DNA of 64,000 bases from Microbotryum violaceum. Its lineage: Eukaryota. The position numbers and the translations under genes were made by a program. Positions within the stretch are counted from its first letter, which is position 1. Each line of letters begins with the position of its first letter. Below, in pieces: positions 12,901 to 25,300 of the stretch. The DNA lies in the NCBI GenBank assembly GCA_001244265.2, contig CDLV01000011.1, positions 62,001 through 126,000 of the forward strand, given 5' to 3'. The notes under the pieces were generated by a model. That model was not told the DNA's origin, did no database searches, and was given only the letters and a program-made list of their open reading frames with translations.

Positions 12901-13385
12901 CCCCTCAGTCGAGGCCCACGGAAAACGGGCACCTCGCCGTGCCAGAGTCGATGGGACACTACAATCTCGGCGCTCAGTCGATGCCGGGAGCAGATGGTCG
13001 CATGGCAGGCGCTTACACGACTTCGCCTCAACAACAAGGTCCACGCTGGCCTACTTCACTTGACTCATCGAGTGCAGACCGAAGCCAACGTCGTTACCCT
13101 CCCGCTGCGATGCCCGCTTCGGGCAACCAAGTTCTCGAGACGTATGCAGCTCTCGGCCCAGGTCGTTCGGCGGGCTCTTTGGCGAACTCACCCGGCGGCA
13201 AGCAACCCGGTTCAATCAATATCGATATGGCTTTGACGAATGTTCTGGATGGTTTCGATCCGATGTGGACCGAGTCGGGGGGGTGGGGCTGGGGGAACGA
13301 CCTCGACGGCATTGGCGCCGGATCATCTAGCAGGCCAAGTTCGAACACGGGCGCGACACCTCAACCCAACATGTACCCGTTCTGA
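9941..13385 (+). CDS. Zn(II)2Cys6 fungal transcription factor (PriB-like), multi-exon
   Basis: Spliced exons ending 10304, 10424-10471, 10725-10746 and from 10853 rebuild RSRLACLACKSTKQKCDGPSRVPCRRCELYGLECKF. This is followed by a coiled coil (RLRNIEAAL) and a middle-homology-type region (CQELFDFFF..IHPW, RSRSSLLFHTILCLA). Confidence 0.88.
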
Positions 13386-15968
13386 GAACGAGACTGGCAG
13401 ATATTGACCTACTTTTTTTTGTATCTTGAGTATTTCATTTACACTGCGCACCCAATTATATACGCAGGTCTCACCGCAGTGAGCTCGAGTGCTCGTCCTC
13501 GTTCGATTGACTGGACGCCTCGGTGACCACGCGTTGCTAAATTTCCGTACGTAATCCAACTAAGCTCTTGAAATACAAGATTGCTCCGATTGCAAAGGCA
13601 AGTCTGAAGGGGGCAGCTTTCACAATGCTGCTGCGCGCGCCTGCCTCCCCGGCTGGTCATATGAGAATTCTCTCACACCTCGTAGCGGCGACTCCGAGCT
13701 CACATCGGCCGCGTCACCGCAGCACATCGATGCTGAAGAACTTCGATGTTCATGAAGTTCCTGGAAGCCGAAGATTGTAGGCGAGTCACCGTCCAGACCC
13801 TGCTGTACTTCATCCTCCGTCAACCTTAGTGCAGTTTTCGAACACGCTCACAAGCTCCTCTTTGGCCTATCCTCCTCGCGCGGTACCTCATTGAAGAACC
13901 GGACGTCGTGCGTGGGTAAAGGGGCCAAAGCTTTCGAGTGGCTATCTCGTCAGTGCCTTCTGTTCACGCATACCAAGGCGTCGCTTCAGCGATGTGTTCA
14001 GTACGCCATCATGTTTCTTGCACGTTTGCAAGAGGTGATATGCGCAAAGATATGGGTCCATTTGATCATATCCGGCAGTTCAATGTTCGTTGGTATCTCC
14101 CCAGACCCTTCACTGTGCCCAGCAATACCTTACTAGATAAGGCGGATTTAGGCTATCGTAGAGATGTTCCGGACTTAACGAAGTGGAGACCATTTCGAAG
14201 CAGTGTGACGCCGCAAGATCAAGGAACAACGACGTGCAGAGAGACCGAACCACTGTCGAGCGGCGAGGTTTGATTAAGCTCCGAGCTATAGTGCGTCGTC
14301 GATCATGCGGCGGCGATCATAGATGCCGATCATTTCAGAAGCTCAAGAAATTCTGATTGAGCCTCTAGGCAAGGCGTGTCAGCCAATGTGGGTGAGGCTA
14401 CCCGATTCTTATTTGACTATTAAACTTGTTTCCTACCTACCTGACTAGGCCAGGTACACAGAATTACCCGAGAGCACTCGCCAGGGGTCGTCCGACGGAG
14501 CAGGGTCCCGATGTCCCGATGGGCCTCACATGCTCGAAGGCCGATCATGGCAAGCATTGAGGACATAGAGTTCGGTTACCATCTCAACCGGGCGGTGACA
14601 GAGCGAACTACGCTACAGATCTGGCAGCAAACGATCTCGATTCTTGCGAAAATACTCCACCTGCCCAGCCGGATAACACTCATGAGCATTCACATAGATC
14701 CAGCTGAGGTCGAAGCGAGCTAGGCCTAGGTCGGAGATTGACCTACGTTAACGTCTCAGGTAAGTGAAAAAAGAGGATGCCTCTCGGGATAGGTATCTAA
14801 GTGCGGAGCACACAATGGACTGTACTTGACTGTGTTCTGCGGTAGCAAGCCGGTACCGCCGGTTATAGAGCAGCGTGTGAGGTCGGAGATTGGGGGATAT
14901 GGGATGAAGGATGAAGGATGAGGCGATCAGGGATTCATGCCGCGCTTCGGTTCCGGCGCAAAAACGGCGCAGCTCGCCGGCTGGCGAAGTCCGACGTCGA
15001 AGTGCAATTGGTACAGTGGCAGGTCCGCCTCCATCTGAATCACTCGTTCGATAGCCAATCAGGGCCAAAAGTACTAGCTGTCATCGAGGTGGGAACACCG
15101 GTACTTTGCAAGCTGCAGCTGTACATACCATGATGCAAGTTGCGTACACCGGCCTCGGCGTCTAGGCCTCGCCTAGCCGCAGTAGCTTTCTGTCAACGTC
15201 TGGAGCTCCAGCGCGAACAACCTGCTTGGATTTCAAGGTTAGAACGACGATAATACACCATCAAAAAAATGTAGACGAGAACTTTGAGCCCCTGACCCTG
15301 ACTTCTTGGAGCTTCTGAGTTCGTGGCTTGTCACTAGCGCGTCCCCCACGCGACCGAAACGCGGGGGTGGCCCTGAGCCGGGAAAATCGCTTGAACGAGC
15401 CTGCTGCCGCGGTACAGCGTTCAATGTACAGACCTACCTCAGAACCTCCCAGCCGATATAAAGTACGGTGAAAGTGAAGTATTTAACATCAAGGTGTACG
15501 TCAGCATCGCCATTTCAAGTTGCTCCCACTACACTTTACAGGTTTTTTCTTCTTTCGATGGGCTTCGCACGCGGCAACGGCCCGATCACGGACATGCCCC
15601 GGACAACTAGGCCTGTTCGAGCAGCGTCGCGAAAACTGCTCATGAAGGTTTTCCGTGATCCCACCGCGAAAGTAGCGCTCGAATGAGCTGCGCTCCTCCA
15701 CGTTGATTGGTTATCGTCAGGGTTTCGCAGCACATTCTAGCCCACCAGATGTTCAGATCCGTTGCGAAGGCATTTGGCCAACTCGCGAAGGTGCGGAGTT
15801 CAACTGATCGGTCGATCAGGAGGAGCGGTCGACCGCGCAGACTCACAAAAGAAGTTTACCTTGGAGCTTCGAGAGACTTGGTCCGTTTGGTTCTTTGCCA
15901 TCCACCAACTCCATAACGCAAACCAGTATCTCCAGATCAATCTTCGGCGCTTTCTTCGTTCCATCAAC

Positions 15969-18687
15969 ATGACGCCGTACGCCAGCTTGATCGTGCGCGC
16001 AGCCGCCGCCGCCGCAACCAAGAGCGCCGCCCCAGCGAAAGGAGGTCAAACAGCCGCAGATAAGGCCGAGAAGGCCCGTCAAGTCATCGCCTCGCTTCGT
16101 AAGCAATCTTATGTGATCTATTGGAACCCTTTCTCAACGCATTGGAGCTAAAGGAATCTAACTCAATTATACCAACAGGAGTCACCAGGACTTACAACTA
16201 CATTGCTGCTGGTGTTCTAGGCCTCTTTGTACTTCGTCACGTTCTGCGACAAGTACACTGGTTCGTGCTTGCTCGTCGAGCCCGAGTCGCTCGTGAAACG
16301 GCCGTCGTCACATCCGAGAAAGGGTCGCATGCGGTTCTTGTCGAGCGTCCGACTCTACTTCGACTCAGCGATACTGTCGATACATGGATGGCAAAACCCC
16401 TCGGCGTTTGGCCGTTCACGCCGGAATGGACTCGCATGCGAGCTTTGCTTGTGACGCTCATAGTTACGGTCAGTATCAAAATCCACCTATCAACCATCAC
16501 ATCGCATCCGACCTCTACTGACTCGTCCAAAAAAAAACTTGGCCTCCAGCTCAACATTGCAAGTTCGATCCCACAATGAAGTGACCTACGTCTCCTATCG
16601 GTCGTTTCCCACCCTGACGTTGCCTTCGCTCGAAATTACATAGGTTGCTTGTCTCGTTGTGGACACCAAACTTCACACCCCTGCTACTCTTCGCTCAAAT
16701 GTACCGCGCGCCTTTTCCCGTCGCTGTGGACGAATGGCCGCCGCCAATTTCCCCCTCTTGTGAGCCCTCCTCGAGGCGGAGGCTTCGCCTCGTTGGCGAG
16801 CTAGGAAGCAACCCGCTTACTATTCTCTCTCGCAGGTATCTTTTCGCTGGCCGGAACTCTGTCGTCGTCTTCTTGACTGGTGAGTATGGCTTGGAACGGC
16901 CGTCCGTCTATAGTGAGCTGCTTGTGTGCTTGTGGCTGACTTGTGGTCCGATTACCTCTTTCCCCAATTAGGCTTCGAATATCAGGTCGGTCGGGGGGTT
17001 TGCCGAACACACACTGCAACTATGCTCAAGTTCACGGGTCATCTATTTGTTTTAGAGCGTTCGATTCTACCACAAAATCTTGGGTTTGCTTGTGGTACGT
17101 ATTTGAACAAACTCCTGCCTGTCCGCGACTCGCTACAATTAACCAATGCTTCATTCCTCGTTCGCCGCAGTTCCTACAATGTTTCGTCCACACCTTTTCA
17201 TACATCGGCTACTATCTCAACGGACCCGGAGCTGAATCACTGCATGAGGAGTGGACTGAGATGTATTTCAAGTAAGTAATCCTTTGCTTATAAGAGCCGC
17301 ATCTTCGTCCCCACTAACTCACTCTCGAGCCCCTATCGTCAGGTTCGGGATCGTCGCGCTAGTGGGCGGCGCCATCAACTGCTTGATTTACTTCAGATTC
17401 CTCCGCCCGAGAATGTACGAGATCTTGCTCCTTATGCACCTCATTGGCGCCGTGTTTATGCTGGTCGGTGCCTGGTATCGTAAGTGGAGAATGTGGCAAG
17501 CTTTTCTCTTTCGCTATAAACTCGGCACTGACCTCGCGAGGAAGTTTTTGTACCATTCAGACCGTCCCATCATGCGCACCTGGGTATGGGCGGCTGTCGG
17601 TATCTGGGCTTTCGAGCGACTCACACGACTCGTCCTACACACCTGGAGCTTCTTCGCGCTGCGTCAACCGCTCGTTAATGCGCAAGCCCGAGTCGTCAGC
17701 GGCGCCATCTTGCTCTCGATCCCGTTCCCTTCCAACGCCTGGTCCGGGGGTCAACATGTCTACGTCTCATTCTGGGGTATTCAGATGATGAAGACCCCTT
17801 GGGTTTACGGACAAAGTCATCCTTTCTCTATCGCCAACGCGAGTGGCGATACGATCGATCACATCGAGCTCGTCATGAGGATCAAATCAGGCATGACCCA
17901 AACTCTCGCGAAACGCGTTGCCTCAATGTATGCTCAAAAAGGTGTCGAATCCGTTGGTGTTCTAATCTCGGTCGAAGGTCCCCATGGGGGTCTGGCCTCC
18001 TCCGACCTAAGGGACGAAGGTTCCGTCGAGTCGCTCGTCCTCGTCGCTGGTGGTTCGGGAATCACGCACGTCTCCTCCATCTTGGGTCAAGCGATGTCAC
18101 AACCTTCTCGCGTGCTCAAAAAGGTCAACCTGATTTGGGCTATCCAAAGCAAAGGTAAGCACAAACGATCTGAGCTTTGTTTCCCGAGGCTGAACTGACT
18201 TTGAATCGAAAAACATACCTCTTAATTTGCAGAGCAAATCGAATGGATCCGTCCCCAACTGACGGCTTGCCAAGACCTCGCAACCTCGACATCCATCGCG
18301 CTCTCGATCGACATCTACGTCACTCGTCACGGAGCCGAAGCTCTCGAACCCGGAACGCTCCCCTCCATCGAAGAAGTAGTATCACCCGGCGCTTCTTCTT
18401 CCAACGACGATTCAGGACTTACGACCCCTTGCGAGATACCTGAACGTAAATACTCGTTCGGGGAAGAAGCCAAAGGCGATTCTTTCATGGGACCTTTCGT
18501 CCGCGTTCACCGTGGTCGACCGGATACGATCCGTCTCTTAAGTCAAGCCATCGAGAGTGACGAACAACGTTTCGGTCGCGCGCTGATCGTTTCATGCGGT
18601 CCGGATACTTTGAATGAGGAAGTTAGGTTGGCAGCGCGCGAATTTGATTCTTCGGTCGAGGTTCAAATCGCCAAGTTTGATTTCTGA
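15969..18687 (+). CDS. Ferric/cupric reductase-like transmembrane flavocytochrome (FRE family), many exons
   Basis: Spliced product has two His pairs (YHKILGLLVFLQCFVH; MHLIGAVFMLVGAWYH), FAD motif HPFSIA, EGPHG, NADPH motif LVAGGSGIT and C-terminal VSCGP. Confidence 0.9.
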
Positions 18688-18716
18688 ACGTGAAGGTTTG
18701 ATTTCTGAACGTGAAG
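18675..18716. repeat. Exact 21-bp tandem duplication spanning the FRE stop codon
   Basis: GTTTGATTTCTGAACGTGAAG x2. Confidence 0.9.
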
Positions 18717-19026
18717 GAGGTTCCCATGTCACTAAGTTTTCACAGGTTGATAGGTATTCTCAATGCCCTCAGTTCTTGATAGAGAGTGCGTTCCGTGTTC
18801 CGTTTTCTTCCCCAAAGTAGTTCCCTTAGAAATTGCCCCGAATCTCAAGTTGTCGTAGTGTGCAGTGATCCGTGTGGCCATCTAATAGAATCCTCCTAAG
18901 AAACCTTCTCGTGAAAGATGTCTTTGCGCTGTTGACCGTCCCAGAATTTCTAGAAAACAATGTACTCATTACAACAAAGGTTCTAGACGAACACGCACTA
19001 GCCAACAAGTCCGCGCATCAATTAAT

Positions 19027-20938
19027 CTATATCCTCCGTTCCGATAACAATCTCTCCCGCTCCGATCCATCATCCGACGATAAGCTCAAATCTGCATTAA
19101 CCTCTTCCAAAACCTGCTTGGCACTCCTCAAATCCATAAGACCATTCGCGAGGAAGCTACCCAATACCAGCGTCCCTCCCAGTACGGTCTTCCAACCCAC
19201 GACCGAACCTCTCCACCAATCACCGATGATCGCCAAAGGGATCGTTAACGAGATCCCGAGCGTGACCGCCAAAGGCGAAGTCATCAACATGGCTTTGAGG
19301 TATAGAGCGTCGCTTACGAAGGTAATCATGGCGTTGATCGCGATCGATAACCAGAGCATACCTCCGTGCGGCAATTCGAAGCGCTCGATGCGCGTCAGGT
19401 GAAGGATGACGCCGATGGGCCAGATAAGGAGGATGTTGAATAGGCCGACGAAGCCGAAGAAGAGCGTCATTGAGACTCGTGCTTCGGTGCGAATGCGCAC
19501 TTTGAGTAGGATGACGTAGAAGGCATAGGCCAGAGCGGAGAGGAGAGCGAGCGAGTCGCCGAGGAGCGGGAAAGGGGCTGTGGTCGGCGGTAGGGTAGAG
19601 TCGAACTTGGAGATGATGATGACGCCGAGGATCCTGTGAGGGCATCGATCCTATCAATTTAGTGTTGAATGAGGAGGCGAATAAAGCAGCAACTCACGAT
19701 AACACGACCGAACCGAGCTTGCCCGATGTGAACGCCTCCACTCCAACGCATGACCCAACGGCCAGTGTGAAGAACCCTGCACAGTTCGCACAGCCAGCGT
19801 CAATTAATGGATCCGAACCAACACGTGATCACTGTGGGCAACTGACCACTCATGCTCGACAGGATAGTCGTGCTCGACACGCTCGTATAGCCCAAACTCG
19901 CATTCATCGACCAGTTCGCCGAAAACCACAGACCGCAGAAGAGCAAGGCCAGCGAGGCGGTCTCTCTTATGGTTAAGGGAGGATCGTTCGACATGGTGGA
20001 AAGCGGTCGACCGGCGATGTGAACAGCCGAGCCGTTCGCATTCGAAGCGAGCAGAGATCGAGGTCGAGAAATGGACCGGGATTGGGATCGGGCTCGGAAG
20101 GCGAACTGAGGTAGAGACGTATGACCGAACTCAATTTGATGGTTTTGACAGCAGAGTGCAAGCCTACTTGGGCACTCACATCCGGCCTCATGTAGACATT
20201 CCCATCTGAATCGGTATTGGACCCCACCGGATCAAGCACGCTAGAGCAGAAGCCGGTCGACGGAGCGCCCGCGTGGTCAGTAAGCTATCCCGACATCGCA
20301 GACACCATCTCAATCCGGTGCATATCTCACCTTGCCAACCGTTCAGAACTTTTGGTGGCGGTATGCGCTCGGGGTCGACTTGCGGTTTCGACCGTGATTG
20401 ACCCGCTCGGTGCGATCCGTTTCTTCTCGTGCTCGAGCTGGAGATAGGTGCATGTTGGCCGGATGAGGTAGAAGGTGAAAGTTGCGGTGCACAGATAGGT
20501 GACGAGGAATGGCTTGTTGTAGTTCATCGAGGTGAACATGGACTGTGGAAGCAAGCAAGCAAGCCGGAGCGAGTTTGAGTCGTCGAGCTCGCGTGACCTA
20601 GGCTGGGGGCCACTGGGCCAAGTGGTGGGATTGCGGTGGGACTGACGTTCATGAGAAAAGAAGACTGTGGGTTCCAGAATGAGATGAGTCAGCGACAATA
20701 CCCGACTCGGGGCGGTGATACGAGCACGACGGTCTACGAGGATCCGCGGCGTGGTTCGTTTCGGTCCTCGCGGCGATCGCAAGGCAAGAAGGCGTACAGA
20801 GGCACGTACCGAGACCCAAAGCAGGACCACACCGAGCAACAAGGTCGTGCCGAGCACATACTGCCTCCGTGACTCGGACACTGCTCGTCGGACCAGTAGC
20901 TGCAGCTCGGGTGAGGGTGGCGGTCTATCGAGGTCCAT
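19027..20938 (-). CDS. EamA/DMT-superfamily transporter, SLC35F5 / yeast THI74-YML018C-like
   Basis: VVLLWVS|SSFLMN|SMF..YNKPFLVTYL; LTIRETASLALLFCGLWFSANWSMNASLGYTSVSSTTILSSMSG; FFGFVGLFN; AMLMTSPLAVTLGISLTIPLA. Includes an 18-nt exon at 20647-20664. Confidence 0.88.
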
Positions 20939-21192
20939 CGCAGGCAGCCGAGCTCGAGGCGGTCGAACGAGGAGCGCGTTGGCTTGGTTGGCTGCTGTTG
21001 GCTGGTGTTGGTGGTCTCCGCGCGGTCGAGCCGGGTCGAGCAAGATCGGACTTTCACACGACACGAGTCACAGCACACAGCCACCAGAAGCGACCCAGAG
21101 CACTCGACACCGAAAGACACCGAGCGAGAACGACAAGGAGAACACCGCGCTGGGCAGACTCGGCGGGGTATGACGTGATGGCAAGCCGGCCG

Positions 21193-21217
21193 GGAGAGGA
21201 GAGAGAGAGAGAGAGAG
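21193..21217. repeat. (GA)n microsatellite upstream of the DMT gene
   Basis: GAGAGGAGAGAGAGAGAGAGAGAG run. Confidence 0.8.
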
Positions 21218-22330
21218 CGCCCCCTCTTTGGCCCCCTCGGCCCTCGGCTGACGCACCCGAGTGCTGCCGCTATGACCCCTTGCTCGATTACTGATTACTC
21301 GGAGTGCATTGAGGCTGGGCCGAGCATGGGCTTGGGGAACAAAGCGTGACTCAATCATCGAAACGACCTTGAGAGAAACACACCGTGCCTCTACACGAAA
21401 ATAACTTTTGCTGTGCACAAGGTCACCGACAGTGAACGAGTCGACTGGCCAAGAATCAGCCTGCCATGGCGCCGAGGAACAAGTTTCGATCCGCCGAGCC
21501 AACTCGCTTTCAAGCTCAAAGGCCATCGGCGGCGTAAAAACGGGAAAGCTCGACGTGACGCCGTTGGAACGTCGCTTTAAAACGACAAGAAAGCTTCACT
21601 TGGCGCTAGTGACCATGTTCAAAGCCTGTAGAGAGGCAAAGACTTGGGTTGGCGATTATTTTAGAGTCGGCGCCATTTGCCCCGTCAGGTTGTTGACCTT
21701 GCCGAGGAGCTTTGGGGGATGCAAAGGCGCAACAAACCACCATGACAGTGTTTTGAGCTGAAAACCGCACGATGAATACGTTGAACTCGCACTAGTCCGT
21801 GGTGTGGGACTGCTATCGAGGTCACTCGCCATTGAAGAGGCTCAAGTTCGACTCACACCTCGAACGGGCCAAGACGGTGCTGGCTCTGTGAGTAATCAGA
21901 TACTGCAACTCTTGCTATAGACAAGCCGCCGCCGGAGAAATTGCTCTAATTGCTCTAAAAGACCTCTAGGCGGTAGTTTAGATGCTAATGGCCGAGTCCG
22001 ATGCGGCTGAACTCGAGGGCATTGACTCTCTGTCCGAGATGGAGAACGCGCGCTTCTTGTCTTCCTGCGCCTCACTGTGCCCCCGAGTCGATTCTTCCTC
22101 TACAGCCGAAGAATCGACCCTTTCTCCTTCACCTTGCAAGGTCGTGATTCGGACGTGTTACGTCTCGTCCGAACTCGATTTCTGGTCGGCCTCCACTGTA
22201 GCGACTCGCGCCATCCTTTCGGCGCCTCGAATCGGCTCGATCTCCCCTCCCTGCTTGGCAGCCAACTCGTGCTGGCCTGGAGCGGGTCGCTGGTCGCTGG
22301 GCCCCGGACGCGGTACATCGCTTCGTCAGC

Positions 22331-25300
22331 ATGGCGCCGCGCATCAACACATCCACGGGCAAGCTCGAAGTAAAGGGAAAGGTGCTCGAGGTCAATGGTA
22401 CGTGTCCCCTTCCTGCGCTTTGCTCAGCGCCGAGCTCGTTGCTGGTCGTCTCCCCTTCCTCCGTCCCCTCTCCCGCTCTCTCTCAAAGTCGCTGACCGGA
22501 ATCGGGCTATGGATTGTTGCAGACCACGCCCTCGTTTCCGCACCATGGCTCGATCGAGAGGGAGAACCTTATCTCGTAGCACGTATCCTCGAAGTGCTAC
22601 CCCCCGTGGTCAGCTCTGGATCATCAACGCCAACAACCCAAGGGTCCTCGTCCAAGCGACCCGCGTCGACCAAGGTGTCCAACACGGTCCCCCGCGTCCG
22701 AGTCAACTACTATCTCCGGTCGAGGGATATCACGAGCAGGTGAGAATCATTGGGCAGTACCAAGCCTATCGTATCTGGACTCTCCTGTCCATAGAGCTGA
22801 CACTTGCTTCTGCGACACGCTCCTCGTCCTCGATGGTCATCTCTCCGATCCTGGTCATTCCCCGCGGCTATTCCGGGGTCCCAAAAGATACGTCGCCGAC
22901 TTTCGACTAGTCGTAGCCACGATGCATGCCGACGTCATTCCGATCGCCTACATCCGACACGTTTGCACCGTGCAGCACAAGGAACACATTGCCGACATGC
23001 GTGCCTTCAAAGCGCTGCCCGATGCTTTCTACTGGTCCCAGGTGGGTTTCATTCGAACGGACCATCAAGTCGCGGCTTTTCTGAAATCCCTGGACTGACC
23101 TTTTCATCTCCTCTTGAAAGGTTTACGATCGCTACCTGCACCGTTATTTTGACGCGGTCCCGGTGAACAAGGTCCAAAACGCTCCTCGTTAGTTCCACGG
23201 TGTGCACCCACAGGGATCGAGTTCAACTTTTCACTGACCTTACTCGACTATGACACTCATACACAGCCGATGTCGTCAAACACCTGACGACACATTTCGA
23301 GTTCATCCTCTGCGAACCGTCCATGACGAACGAACTTTGCGACGCCCAGCGCGGCTGTTCAAAGTGCTCAGAATGGGCGGCGAGGTGCGAGACCCTCTCC
23401 TATCCCCCATCGAGGCCACATCACGTCGAAACGGTGCTGATCTCCCGTCCTTTCCCCTTGAACCACGATATCGCAGCTCGGATTCGGTCATTTGTGCTCG
23501 ATGCGCCAAAGTCTTTCATCTCGGCTGCGTCGACCCCCCATTGGCTCAAAAACCTAAAGCCGGCTGGGCATGGGCGTGCGCGCCCTGTGCTCGCGCGCAT
23601 CAGGTCGAGGTCGATGCTTACATGGAGACAGGCATCGCTCCGACCCGACATGCCGCTATCGCTCCAAAACCCCACAAATCCAATGGGAAAGGATCCAGCG
23701 CTCCTCGCTCGTCCTCGAAGGATGCCCTCAAGAACGGGACCAAGCTTGCCACTGCGAAAGGGTCGGAATGCTCTGCCGAATCGGCGGCAAGTGCGCAGGA
23801 CAGGGGGAAAGGCAAAGAAGTGGATTTCGGTCAGTGCAAATGAGAAAGTTTTCATGTCATCGTGTGACCGCCTCTTCTGACCCCTTCGTTTCATTCTTGT
23901 GCGGGACAGGCAAACGGGGTCCTTATGCCAAGTCACGTCAGTGGCGTATGCTCAACGGTTGGCCTTTCCGCTACTACGGCATGCACACTCCTTCGAACTC
24001 GGTTCTCGATCGCCACGATTCCATCTATCCGCGCACCGGAACTCGACTCGGACATCGTTACCAGATCGCGATTCCGGCATGGGACTACGCAAAAGCTGAG
24101 CCCGAGGCTCCAGCACCCATGTTCGGAGCGGTCGCTTCCAAGCCTCGACGCAAGGTCGATGGCTCGACGTCGGCACTACCCAAGATCAAGAAGAAGCTCT
24201 TAAACATGCAAACGATTCGTCGGGGAGAGGACGATGAATTGGCTGGCGTCATCGCGGATCCCAAACTCGGGATCGACGACGACTTGCTCGACGAAGTGGT
24301 GGAGGAGGTCAAGCGAATGATCTTGTACCGACACGCAGGCGTCGATGCGCTCAATCGAGTCTTATCCCTTCTCGTCTTGGACGATAAGCACGAAGTCGCG
24401 ACTGCCCTTGACGCGATGCGTAAGCTTACCCAAAACGATCTCGGGTTCCCACCTTGGACCGAAGCCGATCGCAAGAAGTTGTCCGACGGTGTCCAGAAAC
24501 ATCTCAACGATATTGAAGAAATTCGCAAGAGTCTTCTGCCGAACAAGAAGATGCGTGACGTTGTCAAGCGCTACTACATTCACATGGGACATTTGGTGCA
24601 AGAGGACATCCCCGCTCAGATGGACGAGAAGGCGATGGCGGCTTCGGCGGCGAGCCCGGATAAGAAGAAGAAGAAGAGCTCGGCCAAGAATGGTGGGCGG
24701 GTGGCGTCGGGCCAGGATTCTTCGAATGCGAATGATAGCGATGGCGAGTCCGTCGTCGATGCTCCCAAGTCCGTCGTCGTAGGCAAGAAGGAATGGACGT
24801 GCTCCATTTGCGATATCACCAAAACCCCCAAGTGGTATCTCTGCCCTGACACGCTCAACGATGATCTCGTCACACCCGAGCCTTGCGTCATGTGTGAGGA
24901 ATGTGGTATTCGCTGGCGACATTGTGAGTCGAAGACTCTGTACCGTGCTGAGTCTGACTTTTGGCTGACAGTCGAGTAATCGCATCTACAGACGGTATCC
25001 AGTTCGCGCCGACCGACACGGACGATCTCGCCAAGACGGCGCCGTTACCCGACGGCATTGTTCACAACCCGCGAGACTTCAAGGGCAAAAAAGTGGCTGC
25101 ACCCTCCGACGCGACGACGACGGCGTCTGCGGCCCAGGCGGGACCAAAGGCGGGAGCAGGAGCGACCACGGGTGCGGTCGTTCCGGTCAAGGCGACGGTG
25201 GCAAGTGGATCCCACGAGCCTGTATGGCGACCGTGTCTGCTGTGCAAGCGTGTTCCGCCGATGCGCGAGCATGCGAGCTGCCTCAATTGTGGCATGACTG

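Noticed and set aside
13560-15400. Short ORFs in the long intergenic region
   Set aside because: No recognisable motif, splice-consistent model or repeat structure. A decayed gene cannot be excluded.
21982-22330. N-terminal part of ORF 21982-22743 as SNT2 start
   Set aside because: ATG 22331 spliced at 22398 gives a cleaner BAH start (KVLEVNDHALV); the upstream part looks like leader sequence.
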